64,000 bases of DNA. Origin: Eledone cirrhosa (taxonomy: Eukaryota). The position numbers and the translations under genes are program-made. A model generated the notes under the pieces. That model made no database searches, was not told the origin of the DNA, and saw nothing but the letters and a program-made list of their open reading frames with translations. Of this stretch, positions 18,001 to 32,362 are shown piece after piece (position 1 is the stretch's first letter; every line of letters starts with the position of its first letter). The stretch covers positions 28,830,001-28,894,000 of the forward strand of contig OZ024742.1 of assembly GCA_964016885.1 (NCBI GenBank), written 5' to 3'.

Positions 18001-21000
18001 AACAACAGCACCAACAGTGACAACAACAACAACACCAACAGCGACAACAACAACAACACCAACAGAGACAACAACAACAGCACCAACAGCGACAACAACA
18101 ACAGCACCAACAGTGACAACAACAACAACACCAACAGCGACAACAACAACGGCACCAACAGCGACAACAACAACACCAACAGAGACAACAACAACAGCAC
18201 CAACAGCGACAACAACAACAGCACCAACAGTGACAACAACAACAACACCAACAGCGACAACAACAACAACACCAACAGAGACAACAACAACAGCACCAAC
18301 AGCGACAACAACAACAGCACCAACAGTGACAACAACAACAACACCAACAGAGACAACAACAACAACACCAACAGAGACAACAACAACAGCACCAACAGCG
18401 ACAACAACAACAGCACCAACAGTGACAACAACAACAACACCAACAGCGACAACAACAACGGCACCAACAGCGACAACAACAACACCAACAGAGACAACAA
18501 CAACAGCACCAACAGCGACAACAACAACAGCACCAACAGAGACAACAACAACAGCACCAACAGCGACAACAACAACAGCACCAACAGTGACAACAACAAC
18601 AACACCAACAGCGACAACAGCGACAACAACAGCGACAACAACAACAGCACCAACAGTGACAACAACAACAACACCAACAGCGACAACAACAACAGCACCA
18701 ACAGCGACAACAACAACACCAACAGCGACAACAACAACGGCACCAACAGCGACAACAACAACACCAATAGTGACAACAACAACAACACCAACAGCGACAA
18801 CAACAACAACACCAACAGTGACAACAACAACAGCACCAACAGCGACAACAACAACAACACCAACAGTGACAACAACAACAGCACCAACAGCGACAACAAC
18901 AACAGCACCAACAGTGACAACAACAACAACACCAACAGCGACAACAACAACGGCACCAACAGTGACAACAACAACAGCACCAACAGCGACAACAACAACA
19001 GCACCAACAGCGACAACAACAACAGCACCAACAGTGACAACAACAACAGTGACAACAACAACAGCACCAACAGCGACAACAACAACAACACCAACAGTGA
19101 CAACAACAACAACACCAACAGCGACAACAACAACAGCACCAACAGTGACAACAACAACAGCACCAACAGTGACAACAACAACAGAACCAACAGTGACAAC
19201 AACAACAACACCAACAGCGACAACAACAACAACACCAACAGCGACAACAACAACAGCACCAACAGTGACAACAACAACAGCACCAACAGTGACAACAACA
19301 ACAGAACCAACAGTGACAACAACAACAGCACCAACAGCGACAACAACAACAACACCAACAGCGACAACAACAACAACACCAACAGCGACAACAACAACAA
19401 CACCAACAGTGACAACAACAACAACACCAACAGCGACAACAACAACAACACCAACAGTGACAACAACAACAACACCAACAGCGACAACAACAACAGCACC
19501 AACAGTGACAACAACAACAGCACCAACAGTGACAACAACAACAGAACCAACAGTGACAACAACAACAACACCAACAGCGACAACAACAACAACACCAACA
19601 GCGACAACAACAACAACACCAACAGTGACAACAACAACAACACCAACAGCGACAACAACAACAGCACCAACAGTGACAACAACAACAGCACCAACAGTGA
19701 CAACAACAACAACACCAACAGCGACAACAACAACAGCACCAACAGCGACAACAACAACAGCACCAACAGCGACAACAACAACAACACCAACAGTGACAAC
19801 AACAACAGTGACAACAACAACAACACCAACAGTGACAACAACAACAGTGACAACAACAACAGCACCAACAGTGACAACAACAACAGTGACAACAACAACA
19901 ACACCAACAGTGACAACAACAACAGCACCAACAGCGACAACAACAACAGCACCAACAGCGACAACAACAACAGCACCAACAGTGACAACAACAACAGTGA
20001 CAACAACAACAGCACCAACAGCGACAACAACAACAACACCAACAGTGACAACAACAACAACACCAACAGCGACAACAACAACAGCACCAACAGTGACAAC
20101 AACAACAGCACCAACAGTGACAACAACAACAGCACCAACAGTGACAACAACAACAGAACCAACAGTGACAACAACAACAACACCAACAGCGACAACAACA
20201 ACAACACCAACAGTGACAACAACAACAACACCAACAGCGACAACAACAACAACACCAACAGTGACAACAACAACAACACCAACAGCGACAACAACAACAA
20301 CACCAACAGCGACAACAACAACAACACCAACAGCGACAACAACAACAGCACCAACAGTGACAACAACAACAACACCAACAGCGACAACAACAACAGCACC
20401 AACAGCGACAACAACAACAGCACCAACAGTGACAACAACAACAACACCAACAGCGACAACAACAACAGCACCAACAGTGACAACAACAACAGCACCAACA
20501 GTGACAACAACAACAACACCAACAGCGACAACAACAACAGCACCAACAGCGACAACAACAACAGCACCAACAGCGACAACAACAACAGCACCAACAGTGA
20601 CAACAACAACAGTGACAACAACAACAGCACCAACAGCGACAACAACAGCACCAACAGTGACAACAACAACAGTGACAACAACAACAACACCAACAGTGAC
20701 AACAACAACAGCACCAACAGCGACAACAACAACAGCACCAACAGCGACAACAACAACAGCACCAACAGTGACAACAACAACAGTGACAACAACAACAGCA
20801 CCAACAGCGACAACAACAACAACACCAACAGTGACAACAACAACAACACCAACAGCGACAACAACAACAACACCAACAGTGACAACAACAACAACACCAA
20901 CAGCGACAACAACAACAACACCAACAGTGACAACAACAACAACACCAACAGCGACAACAACAACAACACCAACAGTGACAACAACAACAACTCCAACAGC

Positions 21001-24000
21001 GACAACAACAACACCAAAAGCGACAACAACAACACCAACAGTGACAACAACAACAGCACCAACAGCGACAACAACAACACCAAAAGCGACAACAACAACA
21101 CCAACAGCGACAACAACAACACCAACAGCGACAACAACAACAACACCAACAGTGACAACAACAACAACACCAACAGCGACAACAACAACAACACCAACAT
21201 TGACAACAACAACAGCACCAACAGCGACAACAACAACAGCACCAACAGTGACAACAACAACAACACCAACAGTGACAACAACAACAACACCAACATTGAC
21301 AACAACAACAGCACCAACAGCGACAACAACAACAGCACCAACAGTGACAACAACAACAGCACCAACAGCGACAACAACAGCACCAACAGTGACAACAACA
21401 ACAACACCAACAGTGACAACAACAACAGCACCAACAGCGACAACAACAACAAGACCAACAGTGACAACAACAACAACACCAACAGTGACAACAACAACAA
21501 CACCAACAGCGACAACAACAACAACACCAACATTGACAACAACAACAGCACCAACAGCGACAACAACAACAGCACCAACAGTGACAACAACAACAACACC
21601 AACAGTGACAACAACAACAGCACCAACAGCGACAACAACAACAGACCAACAGTGACAACAACAACAACACCAACAGTGACAACAACAACAACACCAACAG
21701 CGACAACAACAACAACACCAACAGCTGACAACAACAACAGCACCAACAGCGACAACAACAACAGCACCAACAGCGACAACAACAACAACACCAACAGTGA
21801 CAACAACAACAACACCAACAGTGACAACAACAACAGCACCAACAGCGACAACAACAACAACACCAACAGCGACAACAACAACAGCACCAACAGTGACAAC
21901 AACAACAGCACCAACAGTGACAACAACAACAACACCAACAGTGACAACAACAACAACACCAACAGCGACAACAACAACAGCACCAACAGCGACAACAACA
22001 ACAGCACCAACAGCGACAACAACAACAACACCAACAGTGACAACAACAACAACACCAACAGCGACAACAACAACAGCACCAACAGCGACAACAACAACAA
22101 CACCAACAGCGACAACACAACAGCACCAACAGCGACAACAACAACAACACCAACAGCGACAACAACAACACCAACAGTGACAACAACAACAGCACCAACA
22201 GCGACAACAACAACAACACCAACAGCGACAACAACAACAACACCAACAGCGACAACAACAACAGCACCAACAGCGACAACAACAACAGCACCAACAGCGA
22301 CAACAACAACAACACCAACAGCGACAATAACAACACCAACAGTGACAACAACAACAGCACCAACAGCGACAACAACAACAACACCAACAGCGACAATAAC
22401 AACACCAACAGTGACAACAACAACAGCACCAACAGCGACAACAACAACAACACCAACAGCGACAATAACAACACCAACAGTGACAACAACAACAGCACCA
22501 ACAGCGACAACAACAACAACACCAACAGCGACAATAACAACACCAACAGTGACAACAACAACAGCACCAACAGCGACAACAACAACAACACCACACAGCG
22601 ACAATAACAACACCAACAGTGACAACAACAACAGCACCAACAGCGACAACAACAACACACCAACAGCGACAATAACAACACCAACAGTGACAACAACAAC
22701 AGCACCAACAGCGACAACAACAACAAGCACCAACAGCGACAATAACAACACCCAACAGTGACAACAACAACAGCACCAACAGCGACAACAACAACAACAC
22801 CAACAGCGACAATAACAACACCAACAGTGACAACAACAACAGCACCAACAGCGACAACAACAACAGCACCAACAGCGACAACAACAACAACACCAACAGC
22901 GACAATAACAACACCAACAGTGACAACAACAACAACACCAACAGCGACAACAACAACAGCACCAACAGCGACAACAACAACAGCACCAACAGCGACAACA
23001 ACAACAACACCAACAGTGACAACAACAACAACACCAACAGCGACAACAACAACAGCACCAACAGCGACAACAACAACAACACCAACAGCGACAACAACAA
23101 CAGCACCAACAGCGACAACAACAACAACACCAACAGCGACAATAACAACACCAACAGTGACAACAACAACAGCACCAACAGCGACAACAACAACAGCACC
23201 AACAGCGACAACAACAACAACACCAACAGCGACAATAACAACACCAACAGTGACAACAACAACAACACCAACAGCGACAACAACAACAGCACCAACAGCG
23301 ACAACAACAACAGCACCAACAGCGACAACAACAACAACACCAACAGTGACAACAACAACAACACCAACAGCGACAACAACAACAGCACCAACAGCGACAA
23401 CAACAACAACACCAACAGCGACAACAACAACAGCACCAACAGCGACAACAACAACAACACCAACAGCGACAACAACAACAACACCAACAGCGACAACAAC
23501 AACAGCACCAACAGTGACAACAACAACAGCACCAACAGCGACAACAACAACAGCACCAACAGCGACAACAACAACAACACCAACAGCGACAATAACAACA
23601 CCAACAGTGACAACAACAACAGCACCAACAGCGACAACAACAACAGCACCAACAGTGACAACAACAACAGCACCAACAGTGACAACAACAACAACACCAA
23701 CAGCGACAACAACAACAGCACCAACAGTGACAACAACAACAACACCAACAGCGACAACAACAACAGCACCAACAGTGACAACAACAACAACACCAACAGC
23801 GACAATAACAACACCAACAGTGACAACAACAACAGCACCAACAGCGACAACAACAACAGCACCAACAGTGACAACAACAACAGCACCAACAGTGACAACA
23901 ACAACAACACCAACAGCGACAACAACAACAGCACCAACAGTGACAACAACAACAACACCAACAGCGACAACAACAACAACACCAACAGTGACAACAACAA

Positions 24001-25219
24001 CAACACCAACAGCGACAACAACAACAGCACCAACAGTGACAACAACAACAGCACCAACAGCGACAACAACAACAGCACCAACAGTGACAACAACAACAGC
24101 ACCAACAGTGACAACAACAACAGCACCAACAGCGACAACAACAACAGCACCAACAGCGACAACAACAACAGCACCAACAGTGACAACAACAACAGCACCA
24201 ACAGTGACAACAACAACAGCACCAACAGCGACAACAACAACAACACCAACAGCGACAACAACAACGCCAACAGCGACAACAACAACAGCACCAACAACGA
24301 CAACAACAACAGCACCAACAGCGACAACAACAACACCAACAGCGACAACAACAACAGCACCAACAGTGACAACAACAACAACACCAACAGTGACAACAAC
24401 AACAACAACACCAACAGCGACAACAACAACAGCACCAACAGTGACAACAACAACACCAACAGCGACAACAACAACAGCACCAACAACGACAACAACAACA
24501 GCACCAACAGCGACAACAACAACAACACCAACAGCGACAACAACAACGCCAACAGCGACAACAACAACAGCACCAACAACGACAACAACAACAGCACCAA
24601 CAGCGACAACAACAACACCAACAGCGACAACAACAACAGCACCAACAGTGACAACAACAACAACACCAACAGTGACAACAACAACAGCATCAACAGTGAC
24701 AACAACAACAGCACCAACAGTGACAACAACAACATCAACAGTGACAACAACAACAGCACCAACAGTGACAACAACAACAGCATCAACAGTGACAACAACA
24801 ACACCAACAGCGACAACAACAACAGCACCAACAACGACAACAACAACAGCACCAACAGTGACAACAACAACAACACCAACAGTGACAACAACAACAACAC
24901 CAACAGCGACAACAACAACACCAACAGTGACAACAACAACAACAACAACAACACCAACAGTGACAACAACAACAACACCAACAGCGACAACAACAACAAC
25001 ACCAACAGCGACAACAACAACAGCACCAACAGTGACAACAACAACAACACCAACAGCGACAACAACAACAACACCAACAGCGACAACAACAACAGCACCA
25101 ACAGCGACAACAACAACAGCACTAACAGTGACAACAACAACAACAACAGTGACAACAACAGCACCAACAGTGACAACAGCACCAGCAACAAAAACACCAG
25201 CAACAACAACAACAGCACT
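1..25219. repeat. Giant AAC-derived tandem array with 15/18-bp units, consensus ACC AAC AG(C/T) GAC AAC AAC AAC A(A/G)C; runs off the left edge of the window
   Basis: The unit is directly visible over 25 kb, with locally clustered variants and higher-order duplications (240-bp offset at 841/1081; 1014-bp offset at 17754/18768). It degenerates at about 25150-25220. Confidence 0.97.
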
Positions 25220-25238
25220 AGCATCTGTTAGCGGGTGA
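17..25238 (+). CDS. Possible mucin-like Thr/Pro-rich (PTS) coding exon, (TTTT[T/A]PT[A/V])n, with several 1-bp frameshifts at 21645-22755; unproven
   Basis: The frame is open for 7212 codons, then 826 codons ending ...ALASVSG*. ACA codons cannot become stops by a single substitution, so an open frame is expected even if non-coding. No signal peptide, VWD, CysD or other mucin domain is visible in the window. Confidence 0.25.
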
Positions 25239-25754
25239 TAGGCTCATATTTTCAGTGTCGTTCACTTCACTAGATATATACACACATACATGGTGGCTGC
25301 CAATTCGTTTTCGAGTACGGCCACTACTTTATATCCATGTAGGAAAACCCTTACCGAAGCGCTGAACAAGTGTGACTTTTTAGTCCAGCCAGCGACTTGA
25401 AAACTTTGGTACAAACACTACACTTGTGACAATTACTGACACACTGTGCTGGGCCCATGGTACCATGTAACGACAAGTGCAGAGAGATCTCCAGATATAA
25501 AGCAATGCCTGTGCCGTGAAGCTTTTATAGTGAGCAAAGGCACTGCACAAAGCCAGTTCCACTCTCTTAACCAAGATGATATTTACCAAAAAGAAGAACA
25601 AGTCAATATCATTGGATACCATCAGGGTTGCAGGTGTTATATCAGAGTTTTCCTTCTCCTAGAATTCTGCCTTGACAAAGGCTAAGGGTTCATCTCTCCC
25701 GGAGATGACATACATACATACATACATACATACATACATACATACATACATACA

Positions 25755-26225
25755 AGTTTACAAATCCAGTATCCAAGATACACTTTTAACTTCATACCCA
25801 TCAGTGGATTGGCAGTATCGGTAGAGGGTCGGACGCCATGCTTTCCAGCATAGTTACGTCCCTTTACGATCTGAGTTCAAATCCCGCCGAGGTTGACTTT
25901 GCCTTTCATCCTTACGGGGTCGATAAAATAAAGTACCAGTGATGCACTGGTTAATTGCTGGCCTTGTGCCTAAAGTAGAAACAATTATTGGAGCTACGGG
26001 TTATATACCAACCCGCTTGGACCAAAGTATGACTGAACTTGGATTTGCGGACAAAAAGCGCAGCTCCCTAATTCATAGTCTACAAATGGCTGCGATAGCT
26101 GGCACCTTCAAAATTTGCAAAACATTCTTGCGATTCAAGGGATGACAATTTCTTTTCTTTTACAACCTTGCCACCAGGAAAGTGGCCGGTCAAAAAAATA
26201 TACTCGAAATTAGGAGAAAGAGATA
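25755..26225 (+). mobile_element. 3' fragment of a restriction-like-endonuclease (R4/Dong-like) non-LTR retrotransposon, interrupted by a SINE
   Basis: Reads SLQIQYPRYTFNFIPI / [SINE] / IGATGYIP...LQMAAIAGTFKICKTFL*, matching the RLE C-terminal pattern P(IV)(IV)(IV)GAxG...LQxxAxxGTxKIxRxFL. Flanked by (CATA)n at 25708-25754 and a CATA/TA tract from about 26225. Confidence 0.65.
25805..25989 (+). mobile_element. tRNA-derived SINE (octopus-type)
   Basis: A-box-like TGGCAGTATCGG, B-box GAGTTCAAATCCC, central TTGCCTTTCATCCTTACGGGGTCGATAAAATAAAGTACCAG and tail GGCCTTGTGCCTAAAGTAGAAACAATTATT. A near-identical copy lies at 28682. Confidence 0.85.
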
Positions 26226-27000
<775 letters not shown>

Positions 27001-27257
27001 AGACACATCAACATATGTAGGTGACCACAGCTTTATTCACAATAGATCCCCCAAATGTGTGACATACACCAATTACAAGAAGCCCAAGAAACAATATAAA
27101 AATTGTAAGAGAGGGAGAGTATTATTGGGTGGTAAGCAGACCTGTTAAATATAGCAACAAATCAGATTTCAGTCTGTACTAAAGTGAAGGTTGATCAAGC
27201 CAGGACTCATCCCCGGTTTCTTTGGCTCTAAGCGACTGAGAATACAAGACTATGTAA

Positions 27258-27340
27258 GCAACTGAAATAATGTTTTGCTCAAGAACACAAAGTAGGAATC
27301 GAAACTACGACATTACGATCGTACGTCAAGCATCTTAAAC
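27258..27340 (-). mobile_element. Degenerate tRNA-SINE head
   Basis: GCAACTGAAATAATGTTTTGCTCAAGAACAC...GGAATCGAAACT parallels the better-preserved copy at 63401-63520. Confidence 0.5.
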
Positions 27341-28102
27341 AGTCTTTACACACTGAAGGATACATGAAATATTATAGAATAGATACATTAAATCTGGATC
27401 AAAGTAATGTCTCAAATATGACGTCATTGATCATAGATCTGTTGGATCAAAATTTAGCTGTTGGATCAAAATTGAGATAACAACGACAGCGAATCAGACT
27501 ATCGCTTTTGTCAAACCTTAACTTCACATTATGGATTAGAGCCACCGATATAACACACTAAATATCCTTAAATATCGTTAAGGGTTCACATGTCTGTGGA
27601 ATGCTTAGCCACTTAATATCACAACCAAAGCTATATGTTGATCAACTAACCGGAATTTAAACACGTTAAATGCACCTTCTATCTCACTTGGCCCCCAACA
27701 ATAGTAAAAAGGAAATCAATAGATATCAAGGCCTAACTGTTGTATGTAAATCCATTAACGCAGCATTCGGTGCTGATACATTGTTAATTGACAGATCGAT
27801 TTGATTTACATGTCGTGTAAAATATCACACACTGCTGTTTTATTCATATTCTGATATTTAAGCTGAAATAATAATCTTGATTTTTATCCACATATCGATC
27901 TCTCGACTGCAATTAAAAAAACATTTCAGAAAGGTGATAGGATTAAACAGCGAGTCCAAAAGAACAATCTTCGGGGATGCCAAGGTGTGTGCATGAATTC
28001 TTAACTTCTAACGGAGTCGCACAAGTACCGTTGGGGCCAATCCGACTCCAGTTCAAAACATTGCCGATTTCTTTCAGAGAAAGAGAAAGAAAAAAAAGAA
28101 TC

Positions 28103-28257
28103 GCCCCCAATACTGAACTGGTACTTTTACATCGACTTCGAAAGGATGAACGACAAAGTGGATTTGGTGGATTAGAACAGAGTGCAGAAAGTCAGAATTA
28201 AGTCCGCAAAACCTTCTATTCCACGTTCTAATAGCTCTGTCAATTCGCTGCCTCAAT
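28103..28257 (-). mobile_element. Diverged SINE copy (same family as 25805)
   Basis: The reverse complement reads GAGGCAGCGAATTGACAGA...TTCATCCTTTTCGAAGTCGATGTAAAAGTACCAG...TGGGGG. Confidence 0.6.
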
Positions 28258-28261
28258 GCTG

Positions 28262-28620
28262 CTACTGCTTCTTCTTCGCCCACTTATTCCTGAAAGGGTT
28301 GTGGCGGGCAGAGTCATCAAACACTCCTTCCAGCGGTTCCTGTCAAAAGCAACCGTTTCCAACTGATCAGGTTGAATCCCCAAGGGAAACCAGCCGAGCG
28401 CATGGATGTTATCTAACCATCTTGCTCAGAGTCTACCTCTGGGTCTCCTGTCAGTTAGTTTTACCCGTAAAATATGCCCAGTGATTCTTTCCTAAGACAT
28501 TCTAACCACATTTCCAGAGTACCGAAGCTGTGAACTCTCGATTCGGAGAAGTAGCTGCCTCAATACAATCTTACCAATAATAAACTATCATTAAAGCAAG
28601 GCTACAAGTTTCTGCGGCGA
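28262..28620 (-). mobile_element. 3' fragment of an RTE-clade LINE
   Basis: The minus strand reads LLLRIESSQLRYSGNVVRMS*ERI...RRPRGRL*ARWLDNI, the RTE C-terminal pattern LR(W/Y)xGHVxRM...RPRGRPxxRWxD, with stops. Confidence 0.75.
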
Positions 28621-28681
28621 AAACATTAGGGGGCTCAATATCTATACCTTCGTCCAAATGTTAGAAATCATGATTATTAAA

Positions 28682-28868
28682 TGGATTGGCAGTATCGGTA
28701 GAGGGACGGGCGCCATGCTTTGAAGCAGAGAGTTACCTCCCTTTATGATCTGAGTTCAAATCCCGCCGAGGTTAACTTTGCCTTTCATCCTTACGGGGTC
28801 GATAAAATAAAGTACTAGTAATGTACTGTCTAATTGCTGGCCTTGTGCCAAAAGTAGAAACAATTATT
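28682..28868 (+). mobile_element. tRNA-derived SINE (octopus-type)
   Basis: Near-identical to 25805-25989. ATTATTAAA occurs on both sides (28673-28681 and 28863-28871) as a possible TSD. Confidence 0.85.
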
Positions 28869-28985
28869 AAAAGAAGTCGAGTATCGGTCTGATGGCAGAG
28901 TCGTTACTTTCACGAATTAATGTGTTCTGAGTTCAAATGCTGTGTAGATTAACTTTAGACACCAAAAGGATGACAAAGTTGGAGT

Positions 28986-29650
28986 ACCAGCCCACTTCTA
29001 ATACAGCCATCTTTCTATCCAGCTCCAACATTGGATCAAACGAGAGGACACCAGCCCACTTCTAATACAGCCATCTTTCTATCCAGCTCCAACATTGGAT
29101 CAAACGAGAGGGCACCAGCCTACTGCTGATACAGCCATCTTTCTATCCAGCTCCAACATTCGATCAAACGAGAGGGCACCAGCCTACTGCTGATACAGCC
29201 ATCTTTCTATCCAGCTCCAACATTGGATGAAACTAGAGAGCACCAGCCTACTGCTGATACAGCCATCTTTCTATCCAGCTCCAACATTGGATCAAACGAG
29301 AGGACACCAGCCTACTGCTGATACAACTATCTTTCTATCCAGCTCCAACATTGGATCAAACGAGAGGACACCAGCCTACTGCTGATACAACTATCTTTCT
29401 ATCCAGCTCCAACATTGGATCAAACGAGAGGACACCAGCCTACTGCTGATACAACTATCTTTCTATCCAGCTCCAACATTGGATCAAACGAGAGGACACC
29501 AGCCTACTGCTGATACAGCCATCTTTCTATCCAGCTCCAACATTGGATCAAACGAGAGGACACCAGCCTACTGCTGATGCAACTATCTTTCTCTCTAACT
29601 CCAACATTAAATCAAAAGTGAGGGTAGCAGCTTACTGCTGATACAACCAT
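28986..29650. repeat. 64-bp minisatellite, about 10.4 copies
   Basis: ACCAGCC(C/T)ACT...CTATCCAGCTCCAACATTGGATCAAACGAGAGG(A/G)C recurs at 28986, 29050, 29114, 29178 and onward to 29562; the last copy is degenerate. Confidence 0.95.
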
Positions 29651-29865
29651 CTCTCTCTCTCTCCAGTTCCCACATCCTAGGTGGCCTTGTACGTATGTTA
29701 AATTGTTGATTATCAGAATTATTACACTGCTGGGAAAATACCTTGCGGTATTTGTTGTTCCAGTTGTTTACGTTATGAATTCAAATCCCATCAAATACAA
29801 TTATGTCTGTCAACATTTTGAGATTCATAAAATAAGTACCAGTCAAGTAGGAGAGTCGAGTACGA

Positions 29866-30602
29866 GAAGGGGTAGGGGTAGGGAGAGGGAGGGAGAGCGA
29901 GAGAGAGCGAGAGAGAGGCCACGATAGGGCACGAGAGGGCGCGAGAGGGCACGAGAGGGCGAGAGGGCACGAGAGGGCGAGAGGGCACGAGAGGGCACGA
30001 GAGGGCGAGAGGGCACGAGAGAGCACGAGAGGGCACGAGAGGGGGAGAGGGCACGAGAAGGAGAGAGAGAGGAGGAGAGGGGGAGAGAGAAGGATAGAGG
30101 GCGAGAGAGAGAGGGCGAGAAGGCGAGAGAGCGCGAGAGGACGAGAGAGAGGGCGAGAGAGCGCGAGAGGACGAGAGAGAGGGCGAGAGAGGGCGAGAGA
30201 GAGAGGGCGCGAGAGGGCGAGAGAGAGAGAGAGAGGGCCAGAGAGGGGGCCAGAGAGAGAGGGCCAGAGAGAGGGGGCGAAAGAGAGAGGGGGCGAGAGG
30301 GCGAGAGAAAGAGAGAGAGAGACAGAGAGAGGCGAGAGAAAGAGACAGAGAGAGGCGAGAGAGACAGAGAAAAAGAGACAATGAGAGGAAAGGAGAGACT
30401 GAGAGGTGAGAAAGAGGGAAAAATAGAAAGAAAAAGGTGACGCAGAAAGAGAGAGTGAGAGAGAAAGGGAGAAATAGAGAAAGGGAGAGAGAGAGAAAAG
30501 GAGAAAGAGAGAAAGGGAGAAAGAGAGGAAGGGAGAAAGGGAGAAAGAGAGAAAGGGAGAAAGAGAGAAAGAGAATGAGAGAGAAAAAGAGAAAGAGTGA
30601 GA
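29866..30602. repeat. Polypurine GA-rich low-complexity tract with GAGGGC(A)C(G)A subrepeats
   Basis: Directly visible. Confidence 0.9.
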
Positions 30603-30864
30603 ATGATTGTTATTTTTGCCAAACGTATAACTCAAACCAGCTCAAGATTTCACCAAATTTAAACTGCATGAAAGAATATTTTAAAAAAATATATTTTTAT
30701 ACAGCGAGACTTGGTACACTTTGGAACTCTGCCCATAAACTGTTAAGAGGTAAAATATATCTGTTTTTAGGGCAAATTTGATTTTCTTGTTCTATCTACA
30801 CACATGTACAATATAGTGACGTAGGGCGCCCACGAAATAAAAGGTATATATAATTCGGTCTTAT

Positions 30865-31200
30865 AACACACACATACACACATATATATATTGAAAGATA
30901 TAAACATATCCATTGAAACATAAGTACATATGTACACAAATCCATGTACACACATATAAACATACACACAGAAACATATACATATAAACATACACACATA
31001 AACATACACAAACATACACACAAACACACACATAAACATACACATAAACATACACACATAAACACACACACATAAACATACACACATAAACATACACACA
31101 TAAACATACACACATAAACATACACACATAAACATACACATAGAAACATACACAAACATACATATATAAACATACATATATAACCATACATATATACACA
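30865..31200. repeat. Compound microsatellite (CATAAACATACACA-like units)
   Basis: Directly visible. Confidence 0.85.
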
Positions 31201-31392
31201 TTTATAGATGTATAAAAAATACAAATAAAAAACGCAGAATAACATTTGGCAACAAAATATAGACTTTTGAAAAATTAGTGGTATTTCTAGTGACAGTATC
31301 GATGTACTAGCGGTATGTTTGGCAATATCAAGTAGAAACTCTAACATTCTCTCTATATGTTGTGCCTAAAGTAGAAACATATATATACATAT

Positions 31393-31710
31393 ACCAGCAA
31401 GTTTTATGAAAGGTGGGTGAAAGTGGCGAGAATGGCCCGAGTGAATGGGCCTTCTCTCTATATCAGCCTGTAGGTTGAGGAAAAAGAGGAAGAGAAGAAA
31501 GGGATACAAACTCTTCGTACTCCTGGAGATGAGGGTTGCACATTTTTTCGGGGGTATGTGTTACCTATATGAACTGTCTCCCCCTATTGGGGAAAATCGA
31601 CTAATTTTTTAAGTTGCATTTGTGATAATATTTTACACGTTTTTATTGTATGTAAACTTCCCCCTTTGTATTTGCCCCCTTCTTTTGTGCCCCTGTGGCT
31701 AATAAAGAAA
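31393..31710 (+). mobile_element. Heavily 5'-truncated L1/Tx1-family copy (ORF2 C-terminus plus 3' UTR)
   Basis: Encodes SKFYERWVKVARMARVNGPSLYISL*, matching STFSKRWVNVARMARVNGPTLTMRL* at 39163. It ends in GTGGCTAATAAA, as element B does at about 38891-38905, and abuts TA/CA tracts. Confidence 0.85.
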
Positions 31711-32053
31711 CATATATACATATACTTACATATACATACATATACGCATATATATACACAAATACACACATACACATATATATACACACACACATATATA
31801 TACACATATATACACACATACACACACACACACATATATATATATATACACACATATATACACACATATATACACACACATATATATATATACACACACA
31901 CACATATATATATACACACACACACATATATATATATACACACACACATATATATATACACACACATATATATATATATACACACACATATATATATACA
32001 CACACATATATATATATATACACACACACATATATATATATACACACACACAC

Positions 32054-32098
<45 letters not shown>

Positions 32099-32295
32099 CA
32101 CATATATATATATACACACACACAAATACACACATATATACACAAATACACATATACACACATATATACACATACATATATATACACACATACATATATA
32201 TGCACACACACACACACATATATATATATAGACACATACATATATATATATATATATACTCACATATATACACATACATATGCTTATATATAAAC

Positions 32296-32358
<63 letters not shown>
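31711..32358. repeat. Compound (CA)n/(TA)n/(GA)n microsatellite
   Basis: Directly visible. Confidence 0.92.

Positions 32359-32362
<4 letters not shown>

Noticed and set aside
711-22751. Very long minus-strand Leu-, Val- or Cys-rich ORFs
   Set aside because: They are antisense readings of the (AAC)n-derived array and lack stops for compositional reasons.
1-25219. Telomeric repeat array
   Set aside because: No TTAGGG-type motif is present and the units are heterogeneous 15/18-mers.
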